Assembly: GCF_006345805.1 (NCBI RefSeq)
Contig: NC_042998.1
Span: 185,814,001 to 185,878,000 of the forward strand
Reading direction: 5' to 3'
Source: Octopus sinensis
Lineage: Eukaryota
Length of the DNA stretch: 64,000 bases
In this document: piece after piece, positions 62,521 to 64,000 of the stretch
Position numbering within the stretch: position 1 is the stretch's first letter
Layout of the letters: each line of letters starts with the position of its first letter
Notes under the pieces: model-generated
What the model was told of the DNA's origin: nothing
The model's database searches: none
The model's input: only the letters and a program-made list of their open reading frames with translations
Translations under genes and position numbers: made by a program

Positions 62521-63616
62521 AAATGAATGTATGTATGTATGTATGTATGTATGTGTGTATGTATGTATGTATGTATGTATGTATGTATGTATGTATGTAT
62601 GTATGTATGTGAGTGCTTGTGTGTATGTGTTTTAGCTAGCCATGCACAACATAAAATGCTAGGTTATTTTGTACAGTCTAGCATCATATTTTCTTTATTA
62701 TGGTTAGTTTTGACTCAAAACAGCACGACGTGATCAGATTTACTAAGAGTGAAAATGAAACTGTGGATGTGAAGTGAATGGTATGTAACATTCTGTGGTT
62801 TGTGCCGCTCCACTGCTCTCAATGAATTACTTCTTATATCAGTACAATGATACTCTCGTAAAATTTATAGCTGGTTTAATTGACTTCAGTACATTGGTAA
62901 TGATTATTTCATTACTCCTAACTGGGTTTGAACTGAGAACACAAACACAGAAAAAAAAAAGAAAAAAACAGATCTGAATACATGTCAATTGGTAGATTGG
63001 AGGCATCCTTCGACTTTTTCTATCTAAAGTTTTTTAACCTAATGCTTATACGCAATTATTGGCAGCTTTATTTGCTTCGAAATTTCACCGATCTTTTTAT
63101 GACTTACTTAGAGAGAAAAAAGCAGTGGTCTTATCCTTTATTTGCGGTCTTATCCTTTATCGTAAGACTTACGATACTACTGGACAGAAAGGGAGGACAA
63201 AACCTATAACTCATGGGTTATCTTCAGACTGTAGTTCTTGTCTGAGTGCTCGCAAAAGCATATAAGAGCCCAGTGGTAGTGTTAAACCGAGCTACAGATT
63301 ATGTCTACCATCCGAAATAAATCTAAAACATAACACAAAATCTGTCGCCTAAACTTTATATATGAAGATTTTCACTTCGAGTATTATCTCCGGCAAATTT
63401 AGTCATTCCCGGCATTTCTATTTATAACAATTAAGTGGCCATGAGTATTGTTCTGCAAGTGTCACATGGAAGGTTGCTACAATACTTCAGCAATTACATA
63501 GAAATGTTCATTTTAAGGATTAAGTATCAAAAACTTGTAAGTTATTGTTATTGAAGGTGACACAGATTATTTTACAATTTCTACTTTGCTCATTTTATTA
63601 TTTGTAGCGGTTTCAA

Positions 63617-63830
63617 GGCGGCGAGGTAGCAGAATCGTTAGCCCACCGGGCAAAATGCTTAGCGGCATTTCGTTCGTCTTTACGTTCTGAGTTCAAATTT
63701 CGCCGGGGTCGACTCTGCCTTTCATCCGTGCGGGGTCGATGAAATAAGTACCAGTTACGCACTGGGGGTCGATGTAATCGACTAGTCCCCTGCTCCCAAA
63801 TGTCAGGCCTTGTGCTTTCACTAGAAATGA
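63617..63830 (+). mobile_element. Older SINE-A monomer
   Basis: ggcggcgaggtagcagaatcgttagc ... caggccttgtgctttcactagaaa. Confidence 0.88.
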
Positions 63831-63972
63831 TTATCTGCAGCGGTTTTATTTTAATTATTTATAGTCAGGGGCTATACACGGTAACTAATTCCTGACAGAA
63901 ATACACAACCTAACATTTTTGGGAAGCAATATATTGGATTGAGTCAAAATCATTATTTCAATAGTACATATT

Positions 63973-64000
63973 GGCGCAGGAGTAGCTGTGTGGTAAGTAG
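63973..64000 (+). mobile_element. SINE-B head cut by the window edge
   Basis: ggcgcaggagtagctgtgtggtaagtag matches the head at 29724. Confidence 0.8.

Overview
A 64-kb, AT-rich, microsatellite-dense eukaryotic window with no host protein-coding gene that I can support. Most six-frame ORFs are translations of simple repeats. The repeat landscape (tRNA-head SINE families, (CATA)n/(TA)n/(CA)n/(TCTA)n tracts) points to an octopod cephalopod intron or intergenic region; this is inference from recalled repeat families, not a search. Recognisable content is a stack of mobile elements: three tRNA-derived SINE families; a Tx1/L1-clade LINE relic inside (TCTA)n; R4/Dong-type restriction-like-endonuclease LINE relics at (CATA)n and (TAA)n; an RTE-BovB 3' end; a Helitron Pif1 helicase relic plus two non-autonomous Helitrons sharing its 3' hairpin; a Buster-type hAT with intact termini and 8-bp TSD; mariner, pogo-like and hAT MITEs; and type I hammerhead ribozyme motifs of the Penelope-associated kind. 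The best candidate for an undescribed system is the young SINE-A variant. Its 3' tail matches the 3' end of the Tx1 LINE in this window (36/42 nt). It forms head-(body-tail)n concatemers inside single TSDs, and its 5' end produced both a 56-bp target duplication anchored on an older SINE head and a ~40-copy minisatellite lying inside a TSD. All coordinates and alignments were counted by hand and may be off by a few bases.
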